DNA of 64,000 nucleotides from Marsupella aquatica. Lineage: Eukaryota > Plantae > Marchantiophyta. The position numbers and the translations under genes are program-made. Positions 36,368-49,615 of the stretch are shown here, one piece after another. The stretch lies in NCBI GenBank assembly GCA_973895155.1, contig OZ316891.1, positions 11,037,875-11,101,874 of the forward strand, read 5' to 3'. How positions within the stretch are numbered: position 1 is the first letter of the stretch; every line of letters begins with the position of its first letter. Below the pieces are notes generated by a model. It ran no database searches and had not been told where the DNA came from. It saw nothing but the letters and a program-made list of their open reading frames with translations.

Positions 36368-37072
36368 TTGGAAAAATAAGCCAATTTATCAAGCCCCATA
36401 AATGAACACACATTCACAAGGCTTATTAGCCAAAGAAGTTGTTGCGGTGTGCTTGGACCTACAAAAGTGGCTTGAAATTGACAACGTGGATGATGTCTCC
36501 CAAAATTGAGGCAATTTAGGGACCTAATTAAATGGGGTGGAAATTAAATTGCAATTTGTTTAAGGAGCCTAAACCCAACCTAGAACCCAACCCAATTATC
36601 AGTGGTCATTTGGAGGCTCATGATATAATTGCATTCGTGTTTTACATTGGTTTGGTAACACAATACAAAAAAACCCATCATCCAAGTCCCTAAACATAGT
36701 CATGCACAAGAATGAATCAAGTCATTATTTTTTATGACACTATGCTCCAATGGCAGTGGTCATTCATGAAGTAGTGAAAATGACTCCCTTAAAATTGGAG
36801 TCATACAAATAATAACCGTGGTCATTGCAATCATAAGTGTTCCGGTCAGAATGAGGGGTCTTTTCTACTAGTGCTTGTTTTCCTACCCCAACAAAAAGAC
36901 ATCTTGCAATTGTGACTGCCCAATTTTGCACACGAGGGGCAGTGTGTACTGTGTAAGCATAGGCGGAGCAAGGGAGTGAAAATGAAGTTGGACCCAATAG
37001 TGCCAACATGTGACAATGCAAAAAGTTTGGTGCATTTGGCATGCCAAAGAAAAACTTTTGTTTCTCAAAGAG

Positions 37073-37694
37073 TGCTAAGCATTTACTCTTAGGTCTAGAG
37101 TTACTCTCTAACGGCAACTAGTCTGATTGTAGTCAATACTTGGTTCAAGAATTAGACATCCAACTAGTATATTTCCTAAAAAGGAAATAGTTAGTGAGCG
37201 GAACTGAGAAAGAGGGAGAACTTAGTTTGTGGAGACTTTGTGTGACAAGGGGGCTTAGAGTTCAATAAAACTCTCTTGTGTGTTCCCCTGGAACTTGTAA
37301 GAAACCATCGGCTCCTGACTAGACAACAATGCAGAACATGACAACACTCAATCTCACACTACATCAACAAGACACCACGATGGAGAAACTCCTGAAGGAT
37401 CCATAGCTCATGAGAAAGTACATATGAAGCATGAGGGAGAGAATGCTCTCCGACCCTCCAACCTATACCCAAGATGTGTGGGCCTAATCTAAGCATATCT
37501 TAATATCCTAATTTGATCCAGGGTTAGCTAACCCTAGTAAGGCCAAACTAACTAAGCCGGGAACTAGAGTCAAGTCCTAACAGACATAATCTCTAGGGAG
37601 ATGAACCATGTATCTTCTATGCTGATTGCTTGTGTGTTTGGTGGATGTTGCGCACGTGCAACTTGTCTATTGAGTAGTGACTGGTTACTCAACA
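37073..37694 (+). mobile_element. Degenerate solo LTR of the 35809 family, interrupted by a second LTR-like insert (37296-37581)
   Basis: Reverse-complement similarity to 35809-36155 (ctctcttgtgtgttccc). The cccgtggacgta..gaaccacgta motif is split by a TG..CA segment. TSDs are imperfect. Confidence 0.55.
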
Positions 37695-38596
37695 AGGACT
37701 GACTGCCATCCAAAATTTCTAGTTGCAACTTACCTATCTTGGGCAAAAAGTGCAAGGATAACAAGAATGTGTTTTGCAAGTAAGTTGGGGAAAAGATGTT
37801 GCCTCTCACTTACAATGGCTGGTTTGCCAATCACCCTTTCGAGCTCCAACCTATCTTGGGCCCAATATCAGGATAGCATAAAAGCCCCGCATAATGCATT
37901 TTGCAGGCCAGGGGAAAAGCTTTGCCTCCCACATATTATGGCGAATTTGCCAGCCATTGTTCAAAGCTCCAAGTGAACCTGTCTTGGGCTATAATTACGT
38001 ACCAGGCGGACAGCAAAAATGTATTTTTTTGAGCAAGGGAAAGTTCTGTTTGATGACAAATGGCCAGTTTTCTAGTAAGCATTTTGAGTTGCAACTTATA
38101 TTTGAGAAAATATGGGATAGCAAGAACTTGAGCAGGAATACATTTTGCAAGACAGGGAAAAGGTTTTGTCTCTCACGAATAATAGCTAGCATTTTGACTT
38201 GCAACCCCGTATGCAGTATGTTGGGAGTTCCTTTTGGATAGCAAGAACGCATTTGCTAGCTAGGGAAAAAGTTTTGCTTTTCACAAACATGTGATTTGCA
38301 GTCAGCATGTAGAGCTGCAACCTATCTTGGGAAACAAGTTATTGATTGACAAGAACCATTGCAAGCTGAAAAAATGTCACTACTCTAGAGTATGATTCAG
38401 TTCTCAGATTTGGGGCATTGGCACCCTGTAGATAGACAATGGCTTAAATTGACACTCCATTTTCAAAACCTTGGGATTCTAGGTTACTACAATTGCTCAA
38501 TAATGTTCCTAACAAAAAAAACATGGGGTAACTAAGTCACTATTTTGCCCTAGGACAACTTCAGGGAGAACTAAGACTGTCTCCCAAAGCAAAAAT

Positions 38597-41500
38597 TGTT
38601 GTGATATAGGATTCATACATAGTTGGAGAGGAAGAGAGATTGAATGAATGAATCACTTGGTTGGGGATCAACCGGGTGTATATATAGTGTCTTGAGGTAA
38701 CCATGGTAAAGGTAACCTCCTAGTCTGGTCTAGGACTAGTTACCTCATAACACTCCCCCTTGGCTACATAATGGGAGTTATGGAGACAATCTAGACTAGT
38801 CCTAGAACTAGGTAAGAAAAATCTATCACCATGCTTATAGACTTGCACGAGATGAGTTTCAGTGATAGTAAAAAGTGTTTGCATGCTTATAGACATGTAT
38901 GTTTGATTGACCAAAGAGGTGGACTGCCTCGTTAAAACCTTTAGCGGTGCTAGATTGAGGTAAAACAACTCTACCAGGGTAGTAGAGAAAAAATAAAATA
39001 TATGACCCTAAAGGAAAAAGAGTACAGTCGGTTGGTTCTCTTGGTGAGATGTGAGAGTTGAACCACAATGGTGGTGTGTGTCAATCAGTAGTAAGGCGGT
39101 GTAAGCTTCGGAGTTCAATTGCATGGCAGTGGTGTCTGTGGACAGGAGGGGTCAATGCCTTCATGAAAAACTTTGTCTAGTTCTCCGCATTTGAAATTTG
39201 GGTCACCTGTATGGCCTTGCATCAAATAAACAATCTAAGTTCCAAATAATTAGTAGTTTGGTTAGTAGTTGGAGGAACCATGTCATGTTTTAGTATGGCT
39301 TATGCTATCTAATACCAGGGGGTATTAAGATAATTAATGTGGGTTGTGTGGGGATGCAGTGGCATTATCCTATATGTTTCAGATCACTGGATTGATACCG
39401 AAGGTGCTAATTAGCCCAATTGCTAAATGGGAGTTTTCCAAAGTGTGGAGTAGACATGTTGCATCAACGGATGCTAATCATGTATTATTATAAAAATGAT
39501 AGAAAAGTTCTAGTTTGGTATGGTGTAAGTACCATATTTAGAAATGCCCAAAGTCAAGATAAAAGACCCGTATGTGGGTAGGATGGGGCAATGTTATCAT
39601 GGGAGAGTCTATGGCAATAAGCTAATTTGAGAGTATAGTGGTGCTGATGGACACGAAGGTGTCAGGAGGCACAGAGGTGCTAGTGGACACAGGGTTGTTG
39701 ACACCAGAGAGTGTTAGGTCTCAAGCTACACCACAGGGTGTATGAACCAGAATCACACCAGAGGGTGTCGGTTAAGTTAGGTCTCCCGTGAGTGGCACGT
39801 CTGCCTGCACGTCTGCAAATATCACGGGGTAGTTTGACAAGTGTGTCAAGACATGGGGTAGCAGGCCATGTAAGTAGATTCAAAATATTATTGAGACATG
39901 GGATAGCCATGTAGGGAGATTTGAAGTTAGAGTAACTTGTGGAGATAAGATGCTCCCCCTAAACTATTTGGCTCCTCGTATAAAGATATATGAGGATTGT
40001 CTCTGTTTAGTTTCCAAGTACTAGTTGTACGTACAATTGTGGTGTAGGTGGGCTCAAGTTCTTCAATAGATAAGTTTTGAGAGAATTGAGTTTCTTTCCC
40101 TTAGTCTGTATCTAATTCATATTGTTTTCCGATTAATTCTATGTTGGGTGTGGGGATGAAAATTGTCTTAATTTTAGTTTCAATCTAAGAGATTTGTTTA
40201 ATAGTAATACACAAAGGTGAATGTGTCATTGGTCCGCGATGTTATTCCGTTCCCCAAAATGAAGAGTGTATCAAGGTAGATTACGGGCTTTGCCCATATT
40301 AACCCCGCATTGGGTCTTGACTAGATGAGGTTAGGGGCTTTGCCCATAATCCAAATATATGTACCATACCTTTAACATTGTTAGTTTTCTAATTCTCTTA
40401 TCCTAGTCCAGTGTCTTAGAGTAATTGTTTTCATTTTGTCTAGTGAACATGATCCTAGGTCCGAATGGATGAGGTTTGTGGTCTTACTTCTGTACAAGTT
40501 GTAAAGGCATGTATGCTAAAAGTGTATAAAACTTTAATCAAAGTATAAGATTATGGTTTTGGGTCTTAATCACTATGTGTATGGCCAAGTACATAGGTAC
40601 TTTCCATTGTAGTGTATGAGTTTGGTTTAAGTTTTTGAGTAGATAAGTTAGAGACAATGAAGTTTCTTCCCATTGATATGCATAAAATGCATGTTATTTT
40701 CTCTTGAAATTGTGAGTGTGAGGAATATCTCTGAAATTTGGAACTCATCTATAGGTAAGGTCCGATAGGAATGCCCACTGATCAAGAGAATGTAGGGGTT
40801 AGATTACGGGCTTTGCCCATATTAACTCCTCATTAACTCATGTATAGATGAGATTAGGGGCTTTACTCATTATCAAATCATCCCTACCTTTACCTTTGTT
40901 AGTCATGGAAAGTCCCTTATCTGAGTCCATTTGGATCTTATGAGATCAAATGATACCAGAAGGTGTATAAGTTCAAATGGTACTAGAAGGTGAATGAACC
41001 AAAATGACATTAGGAGGGGAGATAGTTGTGGGTACAATGTGCTTTCCTCCCCCTATGGTGGAAAGTGATATTAATGGTGTAACAACCATGTTATATGTAT
41101 TCAATGTGTATAAATGTTTGTAAACTCAACATGTGTATTGGTAGGTAATGTGTAAAGGCACAGTATTCACATTTGTAAAATGAGAGTGTAAGCTTGTGAT
41201 TTAGGTTTATGTTAAGGATTACACATGTATCTTAAAGTGATTTGAAAGCTTTGAAAAAGATGCTTTAAGTGATCTGATTCGTTTGTAAGTAAAAATACTC
41301 TTTATATGAGTTGCAAGTATGGGGGTTTTGCACTTATCAAGTTTTGTCGATGGTTTCTCGAAAAGCCTGGTCCAAATTTTGCCGTTTTGGGCTTGTGCAT
41401 CGATTCTCCCCCTTTTGCATGGCTTCGCGGCTGCGTCCGTGATCACTGTGTTGTCTTCTCATGAGATTTCCATCCCTCAAATTTCCTTCAGTCCTTTTCA

Positions 41501-42187
41501 CCCTCCGGTTGTTGAGCCCTATTGCAACATTCGTTCTCTATAGGGTGTGATGCCTTTTCAGATCTCACCTTGATTGAAATTTTGTTGATTGTGCTCTGCC
41601 TCTATTCAATCAGGTCTCTTTGATTGGATTGATTGACTCCAGCCCAAGCTTTATCCTGGTTTCTCTATGGACTTTGCGCTGCGGTGTTTCTTCTCCTCCT
41701 TCCATAAATCATGCTGCGTACTTTCAATCTTGCATTTCAGAATCAATTCCTCTAAAGCTTTAATGATCCCACAAGGGTCAATCCAAGGGTTCGACTCTTT
41801 GTCTGATCAGCCTCTCCTTCTGATTTTGTTTCTTCTAATTTCTTGGGAGTCAGTTTCTCATAGAGGATACTCCATCAATTTCCAACGCCAGGTTGACATG
41901 GACTCTCAAATGAAGGTTTCCTTGAAGGGATTTTGTCTTGGGATTCCCTCAAGTGTCTAATTTTTGTCACTTGTCGAATCCCTAAAAAAATTCAAGTGCT
42001 CAGCCTCCGAGAGTCGTGCTGATAACGTGTTGTGATATAGGATTCATACATAGTTGGAGAGGAAGAGAGATTGAATGAATGAATGAATCACTTGGTTGGG
42101 GATCAACCGGGTGTATATATAGTGTCTTGAGGTAACCATGGTAAAGGTAACCTCCTAGTCTGGTCTAGGACTAGTTACCTCATAACA
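38597..42187 (-). mobile_element. Non-autonomous Copia (Bianca-like) element with 156/160-bp LTRs
   Basis: LTRs 38597-38752 and 42028-42187 differ, by eye, only by one extra gaat unit. PBS gttatcagcacgac (minus strand, ~42012-42026); PPT ccaagggggag (minus strand, 38753-38763); flanks AAAAT/AAAAC. The interior has no long ORF. Confidence 0.85.
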
Positions 42188-42295
42188 AAAACCTGAATCT
42201 GGGTTATTATAATTAATCAAATATGTTTTTAACAAAATAAAAAAGAGTGCCAAAAAAGTGACCATTTTGTACTATTCTGTCCTCCCAAAACATAT

Positions 42296-43628
42296 GGGAC
42301 AGTGGAGGTTTAAGGAAGGATGAAAACGGAACATTCTGCGAAGGTAACTGGCTCTATGAAACCTTCAGCATATTTGAGGAGAAGTATTCCTCCCACAACT
42401 TCTGGGACAGAGGCCATTTGAGGAGGGGTGAGGGCGGTCCATTCTGGGAAGGGTGATTGGTACCATGGAACCTTCAGCATATTTGAGGAGGAGCAATTCT
42501 CCAACAACTTCAGGGACACTGGTGGTTTAAGGAGGGGTGAGGACTGACCATTCTGGGAAGGGTGAATTGGTACCATGGACCCTTCAGCATATTTGAGGAG
42601 ACACACCCCTCCAACAAGTTCCGGCAGGCAGTTTAAGGAAGGGTGAGGGCGGACCATTCTAGAGAAGCACTCATCCTACAACTTTGGGGACAGAGGTGGT
42701 TTAAAGAAGGGTGAGGACTGACTATTCTGGCGAAAGGGTGAATTGGTACCATGGAACCTTCAGCATATTTGAGGAGACACACTCCTCCAACAACTTCCGG
42801 GACGGAGGCAGTTGACTTTAAGAAAGGGTGACGGTGGACCATTCTGGCAAGGGCGATTGGCACCATGTACCCTTGAGCATATTTGAGGAGACACTCCTCC
42901 AACAACTTCTGGGACAGAGGCGGTTTAAGGAAGGGTGAGGGCGGACCATTCTGGCAAGGGCAATTGGCACCATGTAACCTTCAGCATATGTGAGGAGAAG
43001 CACTCATCCTACAACTTTGGGGACAGAGGTGGTTTAGGGAGGGTGAGGACTGACCATTCTGGGAAAGGCTATTGGCACCATGGAGCCTTTAGCATATTTG
43101 AGGAGAAGCACTCATCCCCAACTTTGGGGACAGCAGTGGTGGTTGAAGGAAGGCTGAGAGGGGAACATTCTGTGAAGGCATCTGGCTCCCTGAAACCTTC
43201 AGCATATTTGAGGAGAAGCACTCCTCCCACAACTTTGGGGACAATGGTGGTTTAAGGAAGGGTGACGGCTGACCATTCCAGGAAGTGCAATTGGTACCAT
43301 GGACCCTTCCGCATATTTGAGGAGAAGTAATCGTCCAACAACTTCCGGGACAGTGGCATTTAAGGAAGGCTAAGGTGGAACATTCTGGGAAGGGCGATTG
43401 GCACCATGAAACCTTCAGCATATTTGATGAGAAGCACTCATCCCACAACTTCAGTGGACAGTGGCGGTTAAAGGAAGGTTGAGGGCAAAAACATTCCGGG
43501 AAGGGCGATTGGTATCATGGAACCTTCAGCATATTTGAGGAGGCAAATATCTGGGAAGGGTGAGGGCGGACCATTCTGGGGAAGGGACTCTTGGCACCAT
43601 GGAACCATTAGCAAATTTGAGGAGAAGC
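42296..43628. repeat. ~110-bp tandem repeat array, ~12 diverged copies
   Basis: The core ccttcagcatatttgagga recurs near 42362, 42472, 42581, 42757, 42871, 42978, 43087, 43196, 43305, 43412, 43523 and 43606. Confidence 0.95.
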
Positions 43629-43709
43629 AGAAACGCGAATGCAGTGCAGTGGAGAAGCGGACTACACCATGGTGTTTATGTGGACACGGAGCTCCGAGGT
43701 GCGACAGAG

Positions 43710-46453
43710 ATGGCGGGAGCAGCAGTGTCCATGGTGCGCAATGTGTTCGTCTACGGCTCTCTGCTTGCGCCGGAGGTTCTCACTGCACTGCTGCAACGAA
43801 ACCCCGCCTCAGCCCCGGCTGTGGTCCATGACTTGTGAGTTGGGAGAAACTGGAGTCCCTCTTGTGTCGGACGAGTTGTGTGTATGCCTTGTTTGTCTTG
43901 ATATTCTTTAATTTGTTACAATTGTGATAAGGAACAGTTTTGGAAAATTCTCTTTAAGTCAGGGATGAATAGTTAACAATCTCCTCAGGTCAGGGACAAT
44001 TGCTATCAAGTTTCGCGGTGAGGGTAAAGAAACTGCTATTTTTCTTAATTATCTTAAGTTTGCTGTAGGGTTGAGTAGGAAATGGTCTGGCGGGTACTTC
44101 ATGCTTCGATGCCAAGAAGGAAGGGGATTGTGTTCATTGTGGGAACTTCCAAAGGATGAATTGAATCGTAATTCGAGTCTACAGAATTCCATATGGCTAT
44201 GAAATCACAAACGAAAATTGTTCGTTCGAGAAGGTAGTAGGCACAATGAGCAAAGATCATGGTGATGTTTGAGATTTTTCGATCCACTTTGTCATTGCAC
44301 AGACAGAGGGAGAAAAGTCGATTTAATTTAGAGACAGCAATCCAAGAAGGCCATGAGACGATTGTCGCAACAGGACATTGTAAAACAGAACTCAGAGACC
44401 GAGCGTAGCTATATAGCCCCCTTCACTTTAGATTGCGCGTGCCAATAAAGCATAGATTGTTTGAGAATTTTGAAAATGTCTGATTTGGTGGCCGAGCTAG
44501 GTTGCTTCAGCCTCCTTTTAACGAACTTTGTTGAAGCAAAGTATGTAGTGGATCCTGCCTGTTGTGGCCATGGGCTTTGGGAGCTGGGAAAAATTATCTT
44601 CCACAGCATGCTGTTTTCCAGGACCGGAAGGCTCGCCTTATTTGTATTGAGCAATTTATGGATCTAATCTGAAGGATTTGTTAGAGTCTTTGATTTTCAA
44701 AGTGGTATTTGATTCCGTTGCTGTGGAGTATTAATCGTGTTGCTTCTAAAGGCAATGCCCTGGATCTTATTCTTTGTCAGTCATCGCTACAGTATCAAGG
44801 GCCGTGTCTACCCAGCTGTTCTTCCTGCCAAGGGTTCGGAAGTCACAGGCAAGGTAATTAAGAAGCTATAAACCTTTTGAAACTGCTGAGCTATACGACA
44901 CTGAAATTTTGTTGTGGCATAATCTTCATTTTCTCAAAGAGTTAGTGTCTTCCATATCTGCAATTTTGTAGGCAGACATATCTCTTCTTGGTAGTGAAAA
45001 TCGAAAACTAGCACTTAAGAAGTATGATTGTTCGATGCTTAATTTATTTGTGGTGTACTGGCAGATACTCTTTGATTTGACAGAAAAAGAGTTGGACGTG
45101 CTTGATGAATTTGAGGATGTTGACTATTTCAAACAGACGGTGGAGCCCACACTTTTGGTTGGTAACCAGCCAGACTAGGGCATGGTAAATTTTACTGTCT
45201 GCTAGGGTTGCCTTAGCTCATTTTCACCCATTGAAGTCACAACAGTTGAGGTTGATAGCCCTTGGTGATACTTGTACTCGAGTTTATCGTCACTTGAAGT
45301 CACCTGGAATGCGTTTTCTTTACTTCCCAGATTATGTAAAAGTATCTTCAACTATAAGTTTTAATCACTTCTAATGGATTACCAGATCACATGCATGGTT
45401 ATTAGAGTCTAACGAACCAGCAAACTAAAGCAGATCACAATTGACATTCCAGGATGATGTGATGCACAGATTCATCTGTCGTAATTGGTAACTTCAGCAT
45501 TCATCTTGGTCCAGTGACTTTATTTGTTCTCGGTGGTCCATTTACAGGAGACAAAGGGATTCAGTATTTCAATTGCCTCACCGCTCAAGGCCAACATGTA
45601 CGTTTGGTCCAAGTCACAGGACAAAGACCTATACGGAGACTGGGATTATGAGGTGATTTTTTCCTCCATCGTTGCACATATCTATCCAATATTTGTGAAT
45701 TAATTATCTCCAAACCTTCTAGAAACACGTATCTCATATAGTTACCCGACGTTGTCTTGTCTTTAAGTTCATAAATGACCAAAGATGATTGCGGTTGGGA
45801 CATATCTAATTTAAGTATTATTGTTTTGCCAATAGATATGGAGGGAGGAGCATCTCTCAGAATTTCTAGAGAAGTATTTATCATTTTCAAAATGAGATGG
45901 CTCGCTAAAAGCATAGCGTTCAACAGTGGAACAGACCAATTTTATGTCAACAAAATAGCTCAAGGTCCAAGGCACTCTACACTGATCAGATGGCCTGGCC
46001 CCAACCTTGGGCAAGTTGCAGATTTAGTAATTATAAAAAAACAAATTGTTTGGTGGCAAGACGCCTAAAGCCATCAGAGGTTGTTCGTTCCGAATCGTTA
46101 TAGTCTTGGGGTCCAGAGCAGATTTCATAAAAGTGCCTAATGAATGTGCTCGTCACTGAGCAAGAGAATATGTGCAAAAAGTGCACTCTGCCTTGTTGCA
46201 GGAACATTGGAAACGAATTCCTTGTACAAGGAGCTGGATTATCTGGTATCCTTACCTTAGTCATACGGTCTAGATAGGCTCGATAGTGGTTCTGATAGTG
46301 CCATTTAAATGTGGCCTCACGACGTGATTGGGATAATGATTCTGTCAGTGAGCTTCCTTGTTGGCTGTGTGATAATAGAATTGGAGGACTGAGCATTTGG
46401 AAGAGTACACGAAGATGTGTGCCCGATTCATGGATGATTTGGGCAAGCAATGA
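43710..46453 (+). CDS. AIG2-like / gamma-glutamylcyclotransferase-fold protein, 5 exons
   Basis: Exons 43710-43834 (NVFVYGSLL), 44781-44853 (HRYSIKGRVYPAV), 45065-45157 (ELDVLDEFEDVDY), 45548-45652 (YVW..DLYGDWDYE) and 46379-46453 (NWRTEHLEEY..*). All junctions are GT-AG and in phase. Confidence 0.92.
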
Positions 46454-49400
46454 CATTCAGAAGAGCATGTAGGTTTTTTCTTACTCCACATCTGTCACTC
46501 TGGTAATCGTAAACCATAGTATGGAGACGATGCTGCTAGCCTTCCAGCACGTGAACAAATGCATGGTCCGAAGTTGCTGTATTAATTCAACATGGAATGA
46601 ATTCACTGGGCGACTAATCTTCCAGTTCCTGGGCAGGTCCCAAAGGTCATATGAAGGACAAAACTAATTTAGTCTTTTTGAGAAAAATGACTCAGAAATG
46701 AATCACCTTAGCTACAGAAGTTGGTGCACCTGCAGGTATAGTTGTAGTAGCGGGCTTGCAAGAGCAATTAATTTACCTAGCGTAGGATCTGGGCAGAATA
46801 TTGTGATCAGGCATGTTGCAACTGTCTGATAAGTTGACCAGTCGACCTACTTTGCTGCAGATCAATTGCCACATCAGTGTGTGCTTCCTGTGGTGCTGCA
46901 TACGCATTGGAGTACCTATGTACCAGGATTTTTGGAATTGCACACTGTGATTTGTGTTTTCTCTGGATTGCAAGCGCTATCTGGATTGTTAAACTCCATG
47001 ACACCGGAATAACTAGTCAGAACCTTCGGAAGCTTTGTAGGACATGTTGACGTGACTTTCATACTGTAGTCACCTTTGTATATCTCCATTGAACGGTTCT
47101 TTGCTTTCAAATACCCTCACTCGGAGTGGCAAACATGTAGCCAGTTTCAAGAAATCCAGCGTGAAATACGTTTCGAGTACACTCCCCTCAGTATGGCATA
47201 AAGAAAAAAAAACTCAGGTAGGGAGGTCACAAAGTCGCGTGTTTCAAGGTAGTGTATTATCGACCTAACAGACTGATATCGTCTTTTGCATTTTCCTCAA
47301 TATTCAAGGGGCAAAGAAAAGAGATACTTGAATGGATCGGAAAATTTCTATGTTACCTCAATCAAGCTAGGTGTGGCGGTTGTAGAGTGGTATAATGGCC
47401 TGAAAGTAGATCGAAAGATGACAAGGACGATGTTGATTGTTCTTATATTAATGAGACAAGGTTACTTCGAGCCTTGACGAGATGGTGTGAATGTCAATTT
47501 TAGAATGCACCTAGTGCTGCTTGATCCATTACTGAGATGCTTCACACAGTGGTGGTGGTTTGTTCCAATGGATTTGAGCAGAGACATGGCTATTGAAAAT
47601 TCTCATAACACTTGACCTATTGATTGCATTTTCCGTTGATTTGAGAGTTTTCGATGGGCAAAGTTCTCTGGGCAGGAAGTTAATAACCACAGAAATTGCG
47701 ATTGAGAAAATCTTGTTTTCTAGACGTCCAGCACATTTGACGTAGTAATTTCACATGTTTTGTTTTTCGGTTTGTCTAGGAGAAAACGGGATAAAACCAG
47801 AATTAAAGAAAGAAAATACAGTCTTCGAAGTCGTCGTTCCCTCCCAGCCCAGGTTAGCGACTCTCCTACCGCTGCCCACTGGGAACCGATCTAGGCTGGT
47901 GATTGGACTGATTCTGGATGTTGTGAGCTGGTAATCCTTTCACTTAGACCGGGCTTGAACAGCGGGCTAAAGCCCACATGACGAACCTCTCGGGCAGTAA
48001 GACTCTGTTGCAGCTCCCAAATTGGAGACTCAAATTGTTTATTGTGATATATTTACCACTCTCGAGCAGAAATGTGCTGTTTGCTGATCAGAACGAATCC
48101 GCATTGAATTCCACACTTCTCTTCAAAATCACAGCTTCCTTACTCACAGTATTGTACCAATCGTCTCTCTAACTACTCAGCGATGCTGCAAAGCTGAAGT
48201 TTATGGGTAATGTTTTGAGGTTGCCGAAAATTGTGTATACTCCTTGATGGGATTTTACTGAAGAGTAAAGTTTCATTTCAGACGGACGCATTCTCTGGAG
48301 CGACATCATCCTATGGACTTCCGCTCTGCACTTATTACTCGTGAAAAGGCACTGGCCCCCTTCAATGCTGGGAGGATGCATGAAAGGCTGACCATTGGAG
48401 ATTCAGGGATGAATCTTTGCTTTGTCGCGATGGCGTCAACGCATTCATTGGTGCCGGAGAAAAGTGCACGACCCAGCTGAGCAGAATCTTTGGTACATGC
48501 GTTTCATTCGTCCATTCAATTCAGTACTGATATTTTTAAGCGCAGACAGCGGGAAAAAAGTTCTTCCCATCTATCAAATGCGTGGAGCAGACGAAGACAG
48601 CAGCGGAAACGTAATTGTCTCTCCCTGAACTATAGATTCCGTTGATGATTTGGTTCTTCAGATTGTGGGGCCTTGTGGCTAGACAGTCCGGTGATGATCT
48701 CGCATTTCAGACAGACCGTTACACAATCTCCTTGCTTTCTGTCGGAAACGGAAGGAATAATGTACATCTCCAGGTGACCTGCAGGTTCCCAAAATAGTAA
48801 ACAATTATTAGAGAGTCTCACCAGCCGTCCCCTTGAGCAGCCTATTTTTTAAGGTTTTTAATTTTTAAATATTTTTAGTTTAGCTTGTAGGGAATGTTTG
48901 CTTCTCTAATAGGGAGTAGATTTTAGGAATCTTCTCTACCAGATTTTCCTGAATTGAATAATGACATTCAGATATCCCTAGATCAGATATCCCTAGATTT
49001 AAGGAGGACTGTTAGATGATTTAAGGAGGACTGTTAGATTCTGGCAAATGGGGTCATGATTTGGTGAAAAAGTGACAGGTGCTTATAATAAAAATCTAGT
49101 GAATATTAGCCAAAAGTGGTGAACATTTTTGGGGGAGGTGGAATTTGGCAAAAAATTGCACTTAAAAATACACCTTCGAGATTTCCCCTGATCTGAATCT
49201 GGGGACAGAATAGTGGACCTTAAATTTGTGGTTCCTGAACAATGCTACCATTACTAGTAGTGGTGGTCAGTGTCCGCACTGTAGAGGTTAACTCAGTTTT
49301 GGGTTGAACTATGGTTAGTATGTTAACTAGGGTTAGAGTAAACCCTAGTTGAAGGGTTGGTCCTTATCTCTTCAACTTCTATGTGGTGTGAGAACAAACA

Positions 49401-49603
49401 AGAGAGTTCTCAAGAGAGAACCAGGGATATAGCAAGAGAGGAGAGCTTGAAGAGATGAGAACTATGGTGATGCTTGAATAGACACATAACCGTTAATAAA
49501 GCTTGGTCTTCTCGTGGACGTAGCCAACCTTGAGGCGAACCACGTAACTATTGAGCACGTGTATGTTTGGAGTGTTTTTCATGATCTGATTTTTCCCCAC
49601 AAT

Positions 49604-49615
49604 TGGTATCAGAGC
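49604..49615 (+). promoter_or_regulatory. Primer-binding site complementary to the tRNA-iMet 3' end
   Basis: tggtatcagagc lies 2 bp after the 5' LTR. Confidence 0.95.

Noticed and set aside
42310-43448. Repetitive ORFs (LLKYAEGSMVPI) or a CRISPR-like array
   Set aside because: These are translations of a tandem repeat with frame-breaking indels. There are no unique spacers and the context is eukaryotic.
46773-48830. Possible minus-strand spliced gene downstream of the AIG2-like gene
   Set aside because: There are some splice-like signals, but no recognisable protein and no consistent exon chain.
42270-49215. 12-bp inverted match (actattctgtcc / ggacagaatagt) bracketing the AIG2-like gene as Pack-element TIRs
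   Set aside because: Too short, with no TSD, and the gene looks like a normal intact host gene.
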